A stretch of 64,000 bases of DNA from Lepidodermella squamata (GCA_047495785.1 JBLDXI010000017.1:372001-436000); one strand, 5' to 3'. Positions 39,112-53,300 are shown, counted from the first letter of the stretch. Numbers and translations are program-made. The notes: generated from the letters alone by a model not told the origin.

Positions 39112-39383
39112 TCAATCAATTTAATGAAGCGTCGTTCAAGGTTGAAGATCGTTGGCTCAAAAATGTATAAAAACCTAAAATAAAAGCACAAAATACTTGA
39201 TTACTGATTTAGTGAATAAAAGTAACAAAACTTATTTTTAAGTGAGATCAGAGTTAACCAGAACAATTTTGATTCATTCAAAATGATCATAACATCACAA
39301 ATTTTAGTTTATGTTTCATTATCACAGTAATACCATCATTTAAATACTAGCAACATCTCGAGGAGATTTCAAGCGGAATTGAA

Positions 39384-41075
39384 TCACATTTCGCTATAGT
39401 TTTCAGCCAATTGATGAACATAGGAATGACGGGCTTCAGCGTCGCTTTCGTTTTCGTTTTCAGCCTCGGCTTTTTCAGCATCTTCGCGATGTTCTTCCTC
39501 ATCGCTGTTATCGTTCTCCGTTTCATCATGCGATGTATGGCCATCGCCGTTATTAGATCCGTTTTCATCATCACTCGCTTTTCCGTGAGATGGAGCTTTC
39601 GTCTCGACTCGGGATCCGTCTTCAAAAATGGTAACAAAATCTGCGGTTTCGCTGAGCCAATCGGCAGTTCGCTCGTCCACTTCAACTGTAACTGTTTTGC
39701 CCTCCTTGGCCCATTTTTCTTCTTCCCGCTTCTTAATATTAGCCGAAGTAGCTTTACGACGCCGTCCCATCAACATTTCAACACTATCCAGAATAACTTG
39801 CTGCTCACGGCGAACCCATTCCTCTCGCTCCTCACGTTCGGCTTTCAGACCGCCTTTAGACCACGCCTCAGCGCATGCCCGGTCCTTGGGGAAAACAGGA
39901 CGATCGTCCAAATAAGTAAGCGTTTTGACGTTGACAATCATCGTTTTACGGTAATCTTTAATTTTGCGGAGGACAGGGTTGCCCATTAAATTCAGCACAC
40001 GTAGACTGGGCATGGAGGCGAAAACCGCCATGACAGCTATGAAAAATCAAACATGCAATTAAAAAAATATTGTAAAGGAAACAAGCCTACTTGGATCATC
40101 GATCCTGTTGTTTGAAATATCAAGAACAGAGAGCTTTGGACACTTAATGAGATGCGAAATTGACTTGGCCGTAGTGAGTTTGTTATTCGCCATGTACAAG
40201 GTCTCCAAATTGGGAAGATGCGCGAGATTCGAAACTTTGAGAATGCCGTTATTTGCTAGATTAAGAGTTTGAAGGTTGTCAAGTCCCTGAAGGCCGCTGA
40301 TTTTCATAATCATGTTCTGCTGTAAATATAAGCAGCGCAGCTCTTTGAGATGAGACAGATTTTTGATGCGACGAATAGCGTTGCATTCAAGCCAAAGACA
40401 TCTCAACCCGGTGTATTCCTCCAAATTTTCGATTTTGTAAATACCCTTATAGTGAAGGTACAACACATCATTTAGTTCTGGGGTGACGTAAAGCTTCATT
40501 TCCTTGCAATGCTGCTTCAGAAAGTTGAGTGTCATAACTGACGGCCATTTGGCATCATCGTCAACACTCTCATTTTCACATTCGTCTTCATCTTCATCAG
40601 CATCGTCGAAACTCATTTTGTTGTTGTCAATCAAAGCGACTGATTCCGTGGACTCGCCAGCTGCTTCAGATTGCATGGGAGACTGGGTCTCATCGACTTC
40701 AGTGATATATACCTTGGTGCCGCGACTAGGATTATCACTCTCGGCTAGCTTTTTAGGGACGTAGCAAAAGCTGATATCGTCCGACTTTTCTGGGGTAGCG
40801 CGGCTCAAATCAGGAGCTTCAGTGGTAGTATCAGACAATATCTCAATTTTTGGTGGCTTTGATGGTACATGAGCATCAACAGTTTCTATTTCCTCGATTA
40901 AAATTGGTCGCCGAGAAGGGACAGCTTGATCTTCGACGTTATCTGCCTGACCAGGCATGATAAATAGACTGTTGTTCACAGGATTAGATGGTGGCTTGCT
41001 AGCAGAAAACACCGATACACATTCATCTCCCGACTCCTCGTCAGCCGCAGCACCAAGGAAAAGAGAACTGCGCAT
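39384..41075 (-). CDS. DNAAF1: Dynein axonemal assembly factor 1 (LRRC50/ODA7), 2 exons
   Basis: [53 protein letters not shown] repeats, and [20 protein letters not shown]. Confidence 0.93.
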
Positions 41076-41254
41076 CTTATAAAATATCCTAAAACAGCAA
41101 ATAAAAATATTTGAAACAGCGAATCACAATCGACGACGGCAGTTAAGAATGAGAGAAAGCGTGAGCATGATTCAAAGCGCGAAGGGAACGGTCTGACATT
41201 AACGCGCGCCAAGTAAAAACGCGAAACTAGACAATTTCTCAAAATTTACCGGCC

Positions 41255-41268
41255 GTTTCTATAGGGAC
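41255..41268. promoter_or_regulatory. RFX X-box-like motif in the DNAAF1/TTC21B divergent promoter
   Basis: GTTTCTATAGGGAC (reverse complement GTCCCTATAGAAAC) fits the 14-bp GTYNCY-AT-RGNAAC pattern and lies between two ciliary genes. Confidence 0.55.
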
Positions 41269-41846
41269 TCTATCTTCAACTTTATTTCTTAATTTATTTG
41301 ATATTTATTGCTTTTGATTAATATATAAATAATAATAAACAAAAAATTTAAGTTTACATTTTGCGACGCTGATGCTGCCTCAGAAGTGCGATCGACTGGT
41401 ATTGCTCTTGGATGCTTTTAACTTAAGGTCTTTGACTGATGTGGTGCGATTTAAATGTCGAGCTTCTGACACGGATAAGTCCGCAGTCACCGCTTAAGGG
41501 CGTAGACGAGAGTGGCCATACTCCTCTAATGGTAGGGATGCTCAGAGGAACCAACATCTAAATCTCGTTGCTCTCGTTATCCTCAGTCCGGCCCGGTTAT
41601 AGGCGTTCAGCAGAAGGGTTGTGCAGCCAGTACAGTTCTCTCGGATGTCGGCCTAGCCACTAGCCACCTCTATTCTGCGCAAGATCTAGCGATCTGCGTA
41701 TTATCATCAACCATGGTTTAAACTTGTTATTTAATTATTTAATATTTAAGATTGCTTGTTGAAAATGTTGTGAGACTCATTATTCATTTTGTCGTTTTCT
41801 AGATTTTTACTAGTCTGCAGTTCGCTGTTGGCTTTGAAAAGCTGAA

Positions 41847-44800
41847 ATGTCTGACATCGATTCAGCTTTACAGGTAAAATAATTACCATTAACAATGTAC
41901 GTGTTTTAGTACATCTCTTTCAGGCAAAGATATTTTACTATGCCCGCGAGCGCTATTATCGTTCGATGAAAGTTGCCATTAATGAAGCTTTGCAACGATA
42001 TTCCAACGACCCGCTGCTAAAGTTCCTGTCTGCATATTGTTCAATTCTTCAAGGTTTTCTTCGCCAATTTTGCTGAATCTGATTTTGATGCGGGATGTTT
42101 TTTCACGAACTATTTATTCAGGCGCACTCTCAGAAGGCATTAATGATCTCGAGTTTCTTAAAGACAAACGTGACATGAATTTGGCCTGTTATTGGGGATT
42201 GATGACGGCTTACAAGTTGTGCGCCACATTTGGTGAGTTTTTTTTCGAGATATTAATATGTCATTTCTTTGTTCAATTTCGCAGACAAAGAGGCATACGC
42301 CCAACTTGATGCTAAACTGAAGGAGGAGCGGAAGCAAGCTGGCGATCGCGCCCTCTATCACGCCGGTCTCTTTTTGTTTCTGATCGGTAAACCCGACAGG
42401 GCTAAAGAATACATTGATCGATCGATAAAATTGAATGTTCAAGCCAAAGATGTAAGAAATCCACGTTTAGCTATGTCAATTCAAACAAATTTTTATCATT
42501 GCCAGGTACTTTGCGTTAGAGGTTGGATAGAGCTGTCGATGGCACCTCCTGGAAATACCGAGCAAGCCAAGCGATCACTCGAGTTTTTTGACGCTGCAAT
42601 GAAAGATGGTGTTAAACATGCCGATGCACTGCTTGGCAAAGCAGCTTGTTTCACATTCGCGCTCAACTTTGCAGCTGCTTTGGAGTGCACGAATCAGCTG
42701 ATAGTACTCTTCCCCAAGTAAGAATAATAATGGGATACATTTTTAATGATAACATTTCAATTTTTATTCAGATTTATACCCGCAGTTGTGGAGAAAATGA
42801 AAGTGCAATTGTACATGCAAGATTGGGATGCCATGTCTGAAACTGCTGTTCGCTGTCTGACTGATGAGCCTCACTGCATCGAAGCTCTGAAATACTTGCT
42901 AATGAAATTGCTAGCCTTTCACGGTAGCTACCCTGAAGCCGCTGATAAGATCGCCGAACTTTGCGATTTGGTCAGCGTCGTCGAACCAAGCAATAGCTCC
43001 CTATACGTCGAACTCGCTCAGTTGTTCTCAAGAATGTGTGGCCGAGATCAGGACGTCCTCAATCAGACTACGAAACTAGCGGAACTCGCTGTCAAAGTTT
43101 CTGGAAATCGAGCTGAATCATATGCTGAACTTGGGCATCAATTTTTGTTGCGAAATCGATTTCGCGAGGCTGGAAATTATTTCGACCAAGCTATAAAACT
43201 AGAGGCGCAATGCGCGGATGCAACTATCGGCCTAATTCGCTGCCAGATTATGCAAAACCGCCATTCAGAGGCTGATCACCAACTTCAATTCATGAAAGAG
43301 CTGCAGCAAGGCGCGCTGACTTCTAACCAACTAGCTCAGATAAATTACCTGACCGCCCTTCTGTTGCGGAAAAAGGTGGGTGAAATGGCATCTTTTGACA
43401 ATCCAGCGTTGGATTTACTCAACAAAGCCGCCGAAATTCAAATGAAATCGATGCAAGACTTCCCGCTCGGACCGCCTTGCTTCCTGGCGTTGGACCCGGA
43501 TTTTATGCTGGAAATTGTTAAAGAATACATTTTCTACGCGCCCGATCAACCAGTGCAACCCGGCCAGCCTCCAAATCCGATATTGAAACGCTGCGAAGAG
43601 ATTTTGCGATCGTTGTCTAAGGCAACGCCCGGCTTGCTTGAAGCCTCATTTTTGCTGGCTAAAATCAAATTCTTGTTGGGTGATACCAGCGGGGCTCAGG
43701 CGACCCTGCAACATTGTTTAGAGCTGAACCCGTCGCAGACTGATGCGCACGTCTTAATGGCTCAGATCTCGTACGAGCGAGGTAGCTATCAACAGGCCGA
43801 AGAGTCGCTGCAGCAGGGTTTGAGTTTCAACTTTGAAATCAAAGAACACCCGACTTATCAGCTATTGAGATCGCGATTACTCCGCCGCCATGGCCAGAAT
43901 GAAGAAGCTTTACAGCAGTTACAGCAAGTTGCGAAGGCGAAATCTTTTCAAACCGCATCGCCTATGGATAAGGTGGCGGTTTTCCTCGAACTGATCACGT
44001 GCCACCTTGCTCTAGGACAGCAAGCCGAAGCGGCTAGGGTTGTTGAGGAGGGGCAGACAGCTCTTCGAGGCTCTCCGGCGGCTCTTATGAAACTGCAGCT
44101 GGCCGATGCGGATTTGGCTCTAGCTAGGGGCGATGTTGAGACGACTTTGGCTAAGCTGAGAGCTGTTGAGCAGGATAGCCCGCTTTTCGTGGACAGTCGT
44201 CAAAAATTGGCGCAGATCTACTTGAAACATCGCCGAGATCAGCGCCTCTACATCAGCTGCTACAAGTGAGAATTTTTCGTATATTTGAATTTTTTTAGAA
44301 TTAAAGAATTTTTCAAAATATTTTTATGATTTTTCTAATTTTTCTGTATTTTAATTTTAGAGAGATCAGCGACAAACAGCAGCATTCGATAGCTTCGTTG
44401 CTAATGCTCGGCGATGCTTACATGAATATTCTCGAAGCAGAACGGGCTATTGAAGTCTACGAAGCGGCCGCTAAGAAAAATCCACGCGATTTCCAACTGG
44501 CTCAAAAAATTGGCGAGGCTCATGTGAAGACTCACAACTATTCGAAAGCTATCAACTACTACGAGGCATCGCTGAAAGCCGGCGCCCAACGAGCTCTATA
44601 TGTCGATTTGCTGAAATTATTCATCCGACTTCGGCATTACGAAAAGGCGGAAAAAGTTGTTAAACAACTGTTAGCTCAACCTGCTAACACTGATTTGCAG
44701 TCAATAACTGAAGAGTTGAATTTCCACTGGCTTTACGCGAATATTTTGTTGAAAACAAATCGATCGGAGGAAGCTGTTTCAGTCCTAGAAAAGGCGAAGG

Positions 44801-47071
44801 AATTGCAGGTTCGCGTGTTGAAGCGCATGCAAATCGAACAGCCGGATACGTTGCCTGCTCAACGTGAACAGGCGGTTGAGTTGTGCCGAACCCTGGCTGA
44901 TTGCTACATAGCTAGGTCGGATCTAGATTCGGCGTTCAAATCGCTGAAAGACGCGTTGCAAATGAGCGAGGGCGAGTCGAAGTCAATGCTCGCTATGGCG
45001 AGGCTTTGCTTGATGCGCCAAGATCTGGACAGGTGCCAGCAATTGTGTTCGTCTCTACTCAAAGACGAGCGAGAAATTGAAGAAGCGACTTTGGTGAGTG
45101 GAAAAATTATTTTGTAATAATTAAAAAAATACCCTCGAGAAATTGAAAATATATCTTGGTCGAGTTCAAAAATTTGAATAAACTTTAAGGACCTTTTCTT
45201 TTCTTAGGATCCTATATTAAGGGATCTCACAGGGCTAACCCTAGGGTTCAGTTTACAATTTTTTTGAATGGGACATTTCTGATAAGAATTCAAAAATTGA
45301 ATTTTTTAATTTCTTTTTCAGCTCATGGGCGAAGTTCTTTGCCAGCGAGATGACGATCAAGGAGCTACTGAACTTTTCCAGCAATTTGTTCGTAAAAATC
45401 CGAGTAAGTTTTTGGAATTTTCAAAAATATTTTTGACATTTTTCTCATTTTTTCAAAGCGAGTTTCACCGCTTTGTCACGCTTGATTGATTTACTGCGAC
45501 GAGCCGGCCGTCTCAGCGCTGTCCCGGCTTATTTCGAAATGCTCGACGGAAGTCGTCCAGGTTCCGCGCCTGGAAATGGCACAAATCTTGGCCGAATGGC
45601 GCTAGAACCCGGCTATTTGTACTGCCAGGGTCTTCACGAATGGTACTCATGCAACACCACGGCCGCGTTAAAACTACTCAACCGAGCCCGACGAGATGCA
45701 ACTTGGGGTTTAAAGGCCTCGTATCTTATGGTCGAGATCTCGCTTAACCCAGATCGACTCGTTTTAGGGTCAGAACTGTTCGGAAATTCGCGGAATAACC
45801 GTGATATGGACGATGGGACTCAGGAAAATAATGATGCTGATTCAACGGAGGGTGAGCAAATGGCGTTGAGAACTGCTGAAAAGTTGCTGGAGGAAGTTAA
45901 ACCGCGTCTCGGCGATCGAAGACGCGACGTTCTACGCTCTTGGCTGCTGATTAGCCGCAAAACCGACGCCGGTCTCGAACGGGCTATACAAGATTTGCTG
46001 GCTATGATGCAGAATCACGGCAAAAGTGTTTCGCTGTTGTACGCTCTATCTGTTGCGTGTTGTCTGCAGAAAAATTCGGCGAATGCGAAAAAGTGGCTGA
46101 AAGAACTGGCGCAGTGGCAGTGGAGCTTTGAAGATGCCGAAGAGCTGGAACGCGGATGGCTGCTTTTAGCTGATATTTACATCGCTGCTGGTAACGCTGA
46201 TACAGCTCAAAAACTCCTCGAGCAGTGTTTGAATCATAATAAGGTATGGCAAAATAAAAAATGTAACCTGAATATGAATGCTCATAAGGTGATTAAAGTT
46301 TGGCTGTGCCGTGGTGGTACCCTAAATTTAGGGTTCCAGCACTAAATTTGAGGCTCCAGGGCCAGATTTTCTCACAATTTCGGTTCCAAGTTTCTCGTCT
46401 TCCTTAAAATCTGAATTCATATTATCATGCCTAACCGATAGATCTCACTATTACGCGTATTTGGCGTCATTAGCGGTCAATTAACAACCTGCAGAGACGA
46501 TATCGATTCCAAGTATCGATTGTACAAATCAGTGATTTTTCCGATAAATCGAATTCCTCGAAGCTAACCTAGTTGATGGTACCAAGTAGCTAAAATAAAA
46601 AATCCCAGAATCAGTGGGCTCAAAATTAACGGAAGATTTTTCCTGGAACAATTTTTGTAAACTATTTTTTAAACCATTTTTCTCGGGATTTATCGTCAAT
46701 TTTCTGCCATCAAATTGAAGTTTTGTCGATCTGCTTGTTTTATAGTCGTGCTGGCGAGCATATGAATATTTGGCGTATTTGGCCGAGCGAGAGAAGAACT
46801 ACGAGGAGGCTTTGCGAAGGTACGCTCAAGCTTGGACCTACTGCAATAAGAACAACCCGAACATCGGCTTCAAATACGCGTTCAACTGCTTGCGCGAACG
46901 CCAAAATGTCGAAGCAATTGAAACATGTTTACATGTGAGTTTCATCTTGAAATCGGAGTTTTTTAATCACTTTTCCTTGTTCCTCCCGGCTAGATACTCA
47001 AGAATTACCCGACATATCCGAGGATTCGGAAGGAAATATTGGAGCGAGCTAGAACCAATGTTCGAATGTGA
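41847..47071 (+). CDS. TTC21B: IFT-A component IFT139 / TTC21B, TPR protein, multi-exon
   Basis: AKIFYYARERYY N-terminus, LYHAGLFLF, PAVVEKMK, LSFNFEIKEHP, KTHNYSKAINYYE, LERGWLLLADIYI, and C-terminal YPTYPRIRKEILERAR. Confidence 0.93.
46450..46545 (+). repeat. Dispersed intronic repeat, copy 1 (related copies at ~48663-48765 and, inverted and more decayed, ~50680-50740)
   Basis: Copies 1 and 2 share the blocks ATTAC(G/C)CGTATTTGGCG, GATATCGATT(C/T)CAAGTATCGATT and TACAAATCAGTGATTTT in the same order. Confidence 0.7.
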
Positions 47072-47384
47072 AAAAATAACCGGCTCCAAGTCGATAAAAT
47101 TACTTGAATTAAATGTCAAATTGTATCAACACATCATTGATCTCATTTCTCATTCGTTTTGTGTGGTCATTTTACTCAATAAAACTGCAATGTTGTCATT
47201 TTATCATTCATTCATTTAATCGATAAAGAGTCGAATATTTTTGAATTTGAAATATTTTATTTATTCAACAAATAATTTAATACTAAATTCATAATTTTTT
47301 AAGGAAATATCACAGACACAATAGTGGCAAATTCATTTGCAAAAATAATTGATATAAAGTTGAAATGCGAAGATATCCAAAAAT

Positions 47385-50300
47385 CTACATTGTTGTGGCA
47401 AATTCCGGATTTCCAAAACCGACTTGCTTCTGAATTTGTATGAGCTCATTCAACAGTTTTTCATCCTTGAGCCGAAGCTGAAAAAAACGTAAACTAGATT
47501 GGAGGATGCGACAAATCAGTCAAGCAAACCTTTCTCGCGAATTTGTAAGCCTGCTCAGCCTCTAAACGGCGGCCAGTTTTAAGCGAGACCAGCGATAGAT
47601 AAGCCCAAATGACAGGATCGTAATTATTCAGAAGATTAGCCTCGCACAAGGCGGATTCAGCATCGGCATATTGCTCCATTCGATAACACCCGATGCCGAC
47701 CCCGAGCCACGTGACCGCTGACGGCTGCCGTTTACACGCCAATAGGAACGTATCACGAGCTTTGGTGAATTCTTCCTGCTTCAAATAAACCATGCCTAGA
47801 CGGATGTAGATTTCTTGCAATTCGCCCGGGTCAGTTTCGAAGGCGAGTGATCTTTCGTAGGACTGGCGCGCTGAGGTATCGTCGCCTAGGAAATACTTGA
47901 TGTGACCGCACAAGGCCCAGGCGTCTGGCTTTCGGTAGTTGACCTTCAAAGCCTCGGTTATGTGATTGTCCGCGATCGCGAGTTCGCGCTTTTCGAAGCA
48001 GAGTTTAGCCAGAACTTCGAGATAATTAGGCGAGGAGCCGCCGTTGGGATGCAGCATATGGTGGGCGAGCGCTCGTTCCGTAAACTTGAGAAAAATTATT
48101 TAAGTTTAAAATATAATTAAAAAAATATCGATTTACAGCGAAAGATTTGTGCTGGAGTAAATACAGCGCTGTGGTCATGAAGATTGTCTGGTATTCGATT
48201 TTGCCCTCATGAGCTGACACTTCAGGTCGAGCAACGTATTTTCCTGTTAAAATAGAACGAAATAATCAGTTATTCTAAAGTTAGGATAAGGTGAAAGTTA
48301 GCAAATCGTGATTTTAATTTCCAATATCAAACAGATCAATCAAATTCCCATATGATTAGAACAACTATGTCCCATATGTCCCGCAACCATTTTATGGATT
48401 CCCAACTTTTGGCACAAAACTTCTCAATTTTTCAAAAGCAGAACTTTCGATGAGCATTACACGCAATTTCACCGGAGAAAACCAACCAAAAACCGAGGAA
48501 AACCCCATTGTAGCTTTTTTGGTAATTATCGGTATTTTACCCAGCTTGACCCAATTTCTCCTGATTTTTCATTATTGTTTGAGAGTTCATAGTTAATTAC
48601 CACTTTCATGACATTATAAAGTTAATCTAAGGTTAACATTCAATTTGGGACACCCTCGCTAGATTACCCGTATTTGGCGCACTATGTGGTAAGAGAGAGC
48701 CGATATCGATTTCAAGTATCGATTATCGATTTTACAAATCAGTGATTTTACTCCATATCGGATATCTTGGTAGCCCACATTTCATTCTAAAATTTTCTTT
48801 GCCCTGAGATAGGACATCTCCCGCATCATAGGCTTCCTGATGCCCTCTCCGTGTGTTTCCTTTGGTTGCGTTATTTATGGGACACACTGGCTTGTTATTG
48901 AAGCAACTTGGCAATATAGCATTAGTAAGTGTAACGTGTTAAAGCGATTGGTTGTAATTTTTCACCACCAAATATTCTCAGCCATGCTCTTTAGTCGCCA
49001 ATCAAGGCCACTTCACCCTCGCACTAGCTTAGGCCTTACCTGAATGCGGCGCCTGATGATTATTGGAATGCGCATTCGCAGGCGCAGTGGTGTCTGCTTA
49101 CACACAAAACACGGCAATAAAAGTGCGCCACAAGCCATCATACAGCAGAGTTAGAGTGAATAAGAGACAAATAACAATAATATCATCATTTTTGAGTTCT
49201 GAAAAATTTCATTTTTTCCAACATGCAGATTTTTTTCAAGTGAAAGGAAGGATGGCGTGGGTTATTATCATTTTCATGCAATAGGCAATTGGGATTATTA
49301 AGGAAAATTTATCGCAGAACATCATCTGACCTGAGTAACCCGATAACGAAGGCCGCTGCGTGTAACCGGACGAAACAGGAGCTATCGACATTTCTTTTCG
49401 CAAAATAGTTTTCAATTAATTTCAACTTTCATCATGCGACGATTTTCAACAAAATTTTCAGTGAACGTATAAATACGCAAAATTACCACGAAATTTCACA
49501 CTCCCTGAATTATTCGAGATGATTTAAAATTTTGAAATAAAAAATATAAAAATCTTGAAAATTACTTTTCGCAGTCTTCCCAACTGGTCCTCCAGCGGGT
49601 GGGACCGGCGCCATGGGTTGTTTAGCCGGGGCTTCCACCTGGTCCTGGGCCGGTTGGCTGGCAGGTTGAACGCCATGCTGCGGCGCATTTTGGCCCGTCC
49701 CAGGTAGCTGCCCTTGCAAATTCGCCGTCGATTCCGATAAAGCAGCGGTTGTAGGTGGCACAGCTGCTGGTTGAGGCTGAAGCTGGGCCAATAGAGCCGC
49801 GTGTTTAGCCTGGGACAACCTCTCAGCCTCGCCATAAGCCATTTCCATGCCAATATCATTACCAGCCGCCTCGTAGTACAAGCCCAACAGGGTCCAGGCG
49901 ATGATATTGTCCGGATCTAGGACAGTTACAGTCTCGAAACACGTCAAGGCTAGTTGGTGCTCCTCGAGTAGGGTTGAAACCACCCCACACATAGTAAGTC
50001 CATCCAAATGGGTCCGGCATATTGAGAGACATTCTCGGAAACACTCTTCAGCCTTAACCAACTCGTTGATAGACATACAAAATATTCCGTAATCGAACCA
50101 AGAATCCGCATCAGATCGATCCCTAGCTAGTCTCTCCTGGTAGTAACGATTGGCGAGATCGAAATCGCCGATAATTTCAGCCTCGCGAGCGAATTGTTTC
50201 AACTGCTCCGAGCCCAGGGTGAAATTCGGGGCCAGTTTGAACCCGGCGCTTGCCTCCTTTGGCGGCTCAGTCGCGTCAATTTTCGTAGTGTCCACCTCGA

Positions 50301-53300
50301 GAAATTTGTTCAACGCCGTTCGCATCTCGTCGACCAGATACGTGTAGAGATCGGACAGGAATGCTTGGTATTCTTCTTCGTTGTCGAACGCGCCGGTTCT
50401 CAAGTACTTTTCGCGGACGATTTTAACGATTGCGTATTTAAGACGCTCACGGAAGATGTAATATCGCCCAGATTCGGACAAGTGCTGAACCAGTTTTGTT
50501 CGACGCTTTTCGATCGCTTCATGCGATGCATCGTACAGCTCGGCGTTTAAATCGTCAGCAAAAAGACGCCTAAATTATAAATAAATTCATTAAATTTGCT
50601 CAAAAAATCAGAAAAATTTCCAAAAATATTCTGATTTTTGCACCTTAAAGGAAATTTCGAGTGATTCCTTCCCGGAATTCCAATATCGGAAAAATCTTCG
50701 TTTGTAAAAATCGATTACAAGTTAAATCAATATCGAATCGAAGACCGATGTATATGTAAATTAGCACTGGAACCCTAACTTTCACTTTTAATTTTCTCAA
50801 TCCAACTTTAGTGTCAATATCTTTGATAAAATACCTAAATTCCTCCACAACTTGCCCAGCCACCACCGAAATTTGCTTATGGTAGTCCGCAACAGCCCGA
50901 TCAGCGCCACACACCTTCCTCGGATACAAAGGTCTCGGAGGAATAATATCAGAAACCCTGTAATTTCAAGTTGAAATGAAAAATTTAGCAAATTTGTTTG
51001 TTAATTAATGACCTGATTAATTGCTCCTCGCGGGTGCGTTTCTTGATCAATGGGCGTTGAAGCGTAATATCGATGTAGATGTAACTCTTCGATTCGCGAT
51101 AGCTCAATCCCTCCGGATTTGTCTCTTCCAGGGTCAAAGCATCGCCATCTTTACGAGCTGACTATAATCACGAAAAATAAATGACGAAATTAGTATTCAG
51201 CGATAACTTCAATGAACCAATAAGCGTGCGTTTTAGTGCGGGAAAATGTCAGTAAATGTATCTGTTTCACCTCACAAAGACGTGGTGGTTATGAGGAAAA
51301 TTATCACACTTTGTTCTTTGTGCTTAGCCTTGGATCATGCAATAAAATATTTAATTTACATCGCCTTCTGCTGCTTTGTTTGCATTGTTCTGAGCAGGAG
51401 GTGCGCCCGGTTTACCTGGAACAGGCGCTTTTGCGCCCGGTTGCTGGGCACCAGGATTACCCGCGTTCGCGGCGTTTTCGGGGCCTTTATCTTTCGCATC
51501 CTTTTCATGTCCAAAGTCATCAAATTAAGTTAAGATCGCGAATTTCCATTCAATAATTTAAAATAAGGCAATAATTCGTTAAAAACCAACCCGTCTAGTA
51601 GGATCTTTCTTGTCTTTGCCTTTGCCTCCAGCCGAGGTGGCGCGGACGAATCCAAAAAGTTGCTTGGTGACGTCCCCAACCATACTTCCTTTGACTTTAG
51701 CCTTCTCCTGAGCTTCAACCTCATAGTATGGCTCAACTTTGAATGCGCCACGAATCCGTTTCACTGACAAAGCGACAAAAATCATTACGGTCAATTTAGA
51801 GCAAGCGAAAATTACCTCCAGGATATAGAAGATGAGCCAAGTTCAGATATGCCACACCATGAAAGCTGATTTGACATTCTTCATCCGACGTCTGCTACGC
51901 AACAGAAAATAATAAGAGTCGGAAGCATGCATGTAAAAATTTGTTAGAAATACAAACTCGGCCAGATATTATTCTCTTTTTGTAAGTGAGCAAAATGTAA
52001 ATCAATTTGTTGTAGTGTAGATTAAAGCATGATTATAACGCAAAGTGTCAAAGTTGTTTCGTGTAGAGTTTTGATTGCATTCATCTCCATTTTGTTATTA
52101 TTTCATTAAAAACAAGTATCACATGAAAGTAACCTGCGCATCTTTGCCCTTTCCGTCATCCTGCATTCCGAATTTTCGCAAAAACCAATCAATAAATGTG
52201 TCATAACTCAGAGCGCAGCGAAAAATTTGAAATAAAGCTGATAATGAGATAGTATACCTTTACAGCTCCTTTCTTCTGAGTGTTAGAAGACGGCGGCTGC
52301 AAGCGGAAAATTTCCAACGGCCAATATCGGCATTGGGCAATTTTGTCTTGAAGCTTCTTTTCAACATTTTGATCGATAAAACAACGTCGTTCTGTGTTCC
52401 ACCAAATTCTAGTTTTTTCCTGCTCAGCCATACGTCGAAACTCTAGATCATCTTTGCCTCGGTAGTCGCCATCTTCTTGATCGATAGGGTCACTGGCCAT
52501 CTGTGACTCGGGTATGTATTGGGATCCCCCGGTCATTTTGTTAGCTTGATACCAGCGCAATCGCTTATCGGGGGTGTCCTTGTCGGCACCAGCCTTCAGC
52601 GTACCAGCAGGGAACACTAGCGCTTGGTCCTTGTCCATAGTAAATGGAGCAGGCATTGCTGCGCAATATAAGTATGGTTGCTGTTGCTGAGGAGCTAAAG
52701 TCAGATAAATGAATGTAAAAAAGAATCAGTTACAGCTAAGAACTTTACTGGATGACTGCCATTGTTCAGGCGGAGAGTATAGCGAGCCGACAACGATCCG
52801 CATGATGTTGAACTGACTGGCTTCAGCCTCTGTGAATATTGGTTCATTGACAGAGATAGTAACTACGATTTCAGGCTTCGGATCTTCTGGCTTGAGATGA
52901 TCAAGAGGCGAGCCAGCAACCGAATGAACAGGGAGAGTCATTTCGTGGCTCAATGCACCTTGGAGAATCGGGAATACATCAAAAGTGCATTGGCCCAGAG
53001 TAATGAATTTGTCATCCTTTTGCTTCTTCTCTCGCGGAAGCATTTCCAGAATTGTGCAGGTAAAAGGCTTATAGCATATTTCATCCAATTGACTGGAATC
53101 TTCAACATTTAGCTGAAAGGTTGAAGAAAAGTTGACATCAAATTGCTTTTGACCAGCAGTTGTGTCAATCTTTTGAGATTCCCCTAGGGTCTTTTCCCCA
53201 TACTCGAGCTTGAAAACTGCTGTCAACTGATCACCGCGTTGTCCTTTCTTAAGTGCAAGAAATAAAAAGTTATAGAGGAAACAGGTAGCAAAATTTGCTT

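Noticed and set aside
45235-45248. CTAACCCTA as a telomerase template or interstitial telomere
   Set aside because: Single unit inside an intron with no supporting structure seen; similar words occur near the intronic repeat copies.
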